A DNA stretch of 64,000 nucleotides from the NCBI GenBank assembly GCA_964291625.2, contig OZ220089.1, positions 1,152,001 through 1,216,000 of the forward strand, read 5' to 3'. This DNA comes from Candidatus Latescibacterota bacterium (GTDB lineage Bacteria; Latescibacterota; UBA2968; UBA8231). The notes under the pieces are model-generated. The model had not been told where the DNA came from. It was given only the letters and a program-made list of their open reading frames with translations, and did not search any database. Positions 59,425 through 64,000 of the stretch are shown one piece after another. Each line of letters starts with the position of its first letter. Positions within the stretch are counted from its first letter, which is position 1. A program made the position numbers and the translations under genes.

Positions 59425-60660
59425 ATGAACCGAACGGAACTGCTCGAACTTATCGCCAACCGGGAGAACTCGCGCGTCGAGTTCAAGCGAGACGATGTCC
59501 ATCCCGATTCCCTGGCGAGGGAGATGTCCGCCCTGCTGAACCTGGAGGGCGGCGCCATTCTGCTCGGCGTGGAGAAGGATGGGCGGATTACCGGACTGAC
59601 CCGGAGCCGCGAGGAGGCCGAGGAGTGGGTGATGAACATCGCCCAGAACAACCTTCAACCTGCGGTCCTTCCCGTATGGAGCACCGTCGCCATGCCGGAC
59701 GGAGCCGAGGTAGGAGCGGTGGAACTCCCCGCAGACAGTTCTGGCAAGCCGCACAAGGCAAGGCGGGGAGGAGCGTGGGTTACGGTCACTCGCGTCGGAA
59801 GCACTTCACGCGAGGCCACAAGGGAGGAAGAAGCCAGGCTCTACCAGGCGGCCCAGCTGGTCCGATACGAGATCAAGGCGGTGCCGGACACGGGGCTCGA
59901 AGCTCTCGACATGGATCGAGTCGAGAACTATTTCCGCGATGTCCTGAAGCGCTCTGTCCCGGCTCGGTCCGACTCCGATCACTGGCGGCGGCTCCTGCTC
60001 AACTCCGACCTGCTTGTAGCGGTCGGAGGGGATGTTGGCGCATCGGTGTCCGGACTCCTGCTGTTCGGCGAACACCCGAAGCGCCGTTTACCCCAGGCGG
60101 GCGTGACCGCGGTGGCGTTTCCCGGCTCCGAGAAGGAGTACAACACGGTCGATGAAGAGCGAGTTCGGGGCCCATTGACGTCTCGCGTCTCGAGGCGCGG
60201 CGCCGCGGTGGAGGCGGGAGTGATCCACCGCACGGTGGACTTCGTGAAGCGCAACATGGGAAGCGTTGCCTGGCTTGAAGGAGGCCGGCGGCGCCGCAAG
60301 CGGGCTTTCCCGCTCGAGGCGGTTCGAGAGGCGATAGTGAACGCGGTCGCCCATCGCGACTACGCTCGTGAAGGCACCGACATCGAGGTGTCCCTTTATG
60401 ACGACCGGCTGGAGGTCATTTCGCCGGGTCGGCTTCCGAACGGCGTCACCGTGGAGAAGATGAGGGAGGGCGTTGTCCGCGCGGCCCGCAACGAGTTGCT
60501 CAAGGAAATACTCCGCGACTACGGCTACATCGAGCACTACGGAATGGGAGTCCGCAACCGGATCATCGAGTCCATGCGGCGACACAACGGGACGGAGCCG
60601 GACCTGATCGAGGAAGACGACCGCTTCATCGTCCGGCTATGGAAGAAGCCGCCGAGCTAA
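59425..60660 (+). CDS. Schlafen/AlbA_2 domain plus HATPase_c_4 protein
   Basis: ENSRVEFK, ALLNLEGGAILLGV, REAIVNAVAHRDY, DRLEVISPG, RN and GMGV. Confidence 0.88.
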   Translation: MNRTELLELIANRENSRVEFKRDDVHPDSLAREMSALLNLEGGAILLGVEKDGRITGLTRSREEAEEWVMNIAQNNLQPAVLPVWSTVAMPDGAEVGAVELPADSSGKPHKARRGGAWVTVTRVGSTSREATREEEARLYQAAQLVRYEIKAVPDTGLEALDMDRVENYFRDVLKRSVPARSDSDHWRRLLLNSDLLVAVGGDVGASVSGLLLFGEHPKRRLPQAGVTAVAFPGSEKEYNTVDEERVRGPLTSRVSRRGAAVEAGVIHRTVDFVKRNMGSVAWLEGGRRRRKRAFPLEAVREAIVNAVAHRDYAREGTDIEVSLYDDRLEVISPGRLPNGVTVEKMREGVVRAARNELLKEILRDYGYIEHYGMGVRNRIIESMRRHNGTEPDLIEEDDRFIVRLWKKPPS

Positions 60661-60708
60661 GAGAATCGCCCGGTCTGGACGATTGAGTACACCGAGACTG
60701 CCACCCCC

Positions 60709-63722
<3,014 letters not shown>

Positions 63723-63726
<4 letters not shown>

Positions 63727-64000
63727 CCGGCACTCTGGAGACCTCCGCCATCACCTGGGGGACACGCGCCTGACCTACGCCATCCGCCGCAGCGCCCGCC
63801 GGAAGAAGACGGTAGCGGTGACGGTGGATCCCGGCGGCGGGGTGCTGCTGCTGGCACCGGAGGACTTCCCCACCAGCCGGCTGGACGAGGTTGCGCGGCG
63901 GAAGGCAGCGTGGATTGTGCGGCGCCTGCGGGGGGTGGGGTCAAACGGGGTGCCGCCCTCGGCGCGGGAGTTCGTCAGCGGGGAGAGCGTGATGTACCTG
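63723..64000 (+). CDS. YgjP/DUF45 (M48-like) metallopeptidase, truncated by window end; apparent frameshift in G-run 63757-63761
   Basis: ATGA overlap with hsdR. Adding one G gives MTGTLETSAITWGDTRLTYAIRRSARRKKTVAVTVDP..KAAWI..FVSGESVMYL, a typical YgjP N-terminus. Confidence 0.75.

Overview
High-GC bacterial window. Its content (four PhyH-family dioxygenases; ankyrin, LRR and WD40 proteins; NYPNPFN and WGxxK C-terminal tails; TA and RM systems) resembles host-associated, possibly marine-sponge, symbionts of the Latescibacterota/Gemmatimonadota/Poribacteria type. That placement is inference only. Positions 1-48.8 kb are a patchwork of metabolic, transport and surface genes: MltF, a PhnZ-like HD oxygenase, three tandem GT-C glycosyltransferase paralogs, a K+ channel, GH5, gdhA, mazEF, a purine permease and guanine deaminase, an A-T-R NRPS-like reductase resembling fungal ATRR, a YtrA-type ABC operon with a palindromic operator, a Fic protein, an ABC/DUF1854 pair, a putative iota carbonic anhydrase, a PLP decarboxylase, a Cys-rich PadR-ArsM operon with a perfect operator, and two stand-alone secreted Cache proteins. 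Several internally deleted gene relics are interspersed. Positions 48.9-64 kb form a co-oriented defence island: orphan XRE, ParA-like ATPase lacking both Walker A lysines, McrBC, and a type I RM system with a PHP-ABC-ATPase (Ppl/TrlF-like) and a Schlafen/AlbA_2-HATPase gene nested between hsdS and hsdR, followed by a YgjP-like peptidase. Best novelty candidates are the nested two-gene RM accessory module, the PadR-controlled ArsM, the ATRR-like reductase and the WGxxK-tailed Cache proteins. All calls come from motifs read by eye; no searches were run.
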